From positions 1 through 27,588 of the IMG/VR virus record IMGVR_UViG_3300020042_010940: 27,588 bases of DNA; one strand, given 5' to 3'. The DNA is from a virus (lineage: Duplodnaviria; Caudoviricetes). The translations under genes were made by a program, and so were the position numbers. Below, in pieces: positions 26,787-27,588 of this stretch (position 1 is the stretch's first letter; the number at the start of each line of letters is the position of its first letter). The notes below the pieces were generated by a model. It saw only the letters and a list, made by a program, of their open reading frames with translations. It did not search any database and was not told the DNA's origin.

Positions 26787-27588
26787 GGGTGTGCTTGGTA
26801 GTTACCTAATTGAATATCTTCTTCCAATAAGCATCTACAGAAATTCTCGTCTTTAAATGCTTCAAATACTTTAACAGCATCCAATGGTCCTACTCCACAT
26901 TCTCCACCTTTATATGGCCAGAACTCTGTATTGATGTTTAGTGTTGGTAATGGATATGGTTCTCTACCAATCTGCTCCTTTGCTTGTTCAACATGGTTAC
27001 TGTAAAGGTGTACATCACCTAAGTTTCCAATCAATTCATCTGGAACCATATTAACAGATTTGGCAATGATTTCTAATAACAATCCATAAGAAGCAATGTT
27101 GAATGGTAAACCTAAAAATGTATCTACTGAACGTTGATTCCACATTAAAGAGATTGCTCTGGTTGGAATATCATATTCGTCTAGCATATTAAATCCTGCT
27201 TCTATATGATGACCTTTATTCCCATGTTTAGTATGAAGAATGCTTATTCTTTCTTTCTCACTCAACTCTCTTGTATAAACTTGAAATCCATAATGACAAG
27301 GTGGAAGAACCATTTGGTCTAATTCTCCAACATTCCAAGCATTAACCATTAATCGTCTTGAGTCTGGATTTGTTTTAAGGTCGTTGATTAGATTTTGGAT
27401 TTGGTCTACTTGCTCAGGTACCCAAGCTGTATGAGCATCAAACTCTACTGACTTGTCAACTAACTTACCTTTCCACTTTCTCCATTGCTTACCATAGATT
27501 GGACCTAACTCACCCCACTTCTTAGCAAACTTATCATCTAATTTAATTGTATATATAAATTCTTCTTGAGTCAAAAGTCTTATTCCAT
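26759..27588 (-). CDS. thyA: thymidylate synthase, 5'-truncated by the window
   Basis: LGPIYGKQWR, PDSRR, LPPCH, QRSVDTFLGLPFNIASY, DVHLY; frame open to the window edge. Confidence 0.95.
   Translation of the reverse strand, partial: GIRLLTQEEFIYTIKLDDKFAKKWGELGPIYGKQWRKWKGKLVDKSVEFDAHTAWVPEQVDQIQNLINDLKTNPDSRRLMVNAWNVGELDQMVLPPCHYGFQVYTRELSEKERISILHTKHGNKGHHIEAGFNMLDEYDIPTRAISLMWNQRSVDTFLGLPFNIASYGLLLEIIAKSVNMVPDELIGNLGDVHLYSNHVEQAKEQIGREPYPLPTLNINTEFWPYKGGECGVGPLDAVKVFEAFKDENFCRCLLEEDIQLGNYQAHPTIKAPLSN

Overview
A 27.6 kb AT-rich, gene-dense segment with every credible gene on the minus strand. It is most likely from a large dsDNA phage of a Bacteroidota host: starts are A-rich with no Shine-Dalgarno, promoters are Bacteroidota-style, and it carries DUF4494- and Hc1-like genes. 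In transcription order (right to left) it holds: a 5'-truncated thyA; a queD-queE operon that also carries a secreted nuclease and a purine phosphoribosyltransferase; a tightly coupled operon (dUTPase-fold enzyme, DpdL-like QueD paralog, P-loop kinase, folE, TGT/DpdA-like protein) pointing to 7-deazaguanine DNA modification; a 436-aa putative virion-packaged protein; a family A DNA polymerase; groES-groEL; an unannotated histone H1-like gene followed by a GC-rich hairpin; a lysis cassette (GH19 endolysin, holin, overlapping spanin-like pair); a Cas4-like nuclease; and a ~9 kb glycosylation cluster with gmd, fcl and a GT11 fucosyltransferase. Reading the DNA also shows eight TTG-N20-TAT(A/C)TTA promoters (three fused to terminator hairpins), a second TATTTAT motif, three small ORFs missing from the track, and a 28-bp duplication of the thyA 3' end. 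All family calls are from motif recognition by eye; no searches were run.
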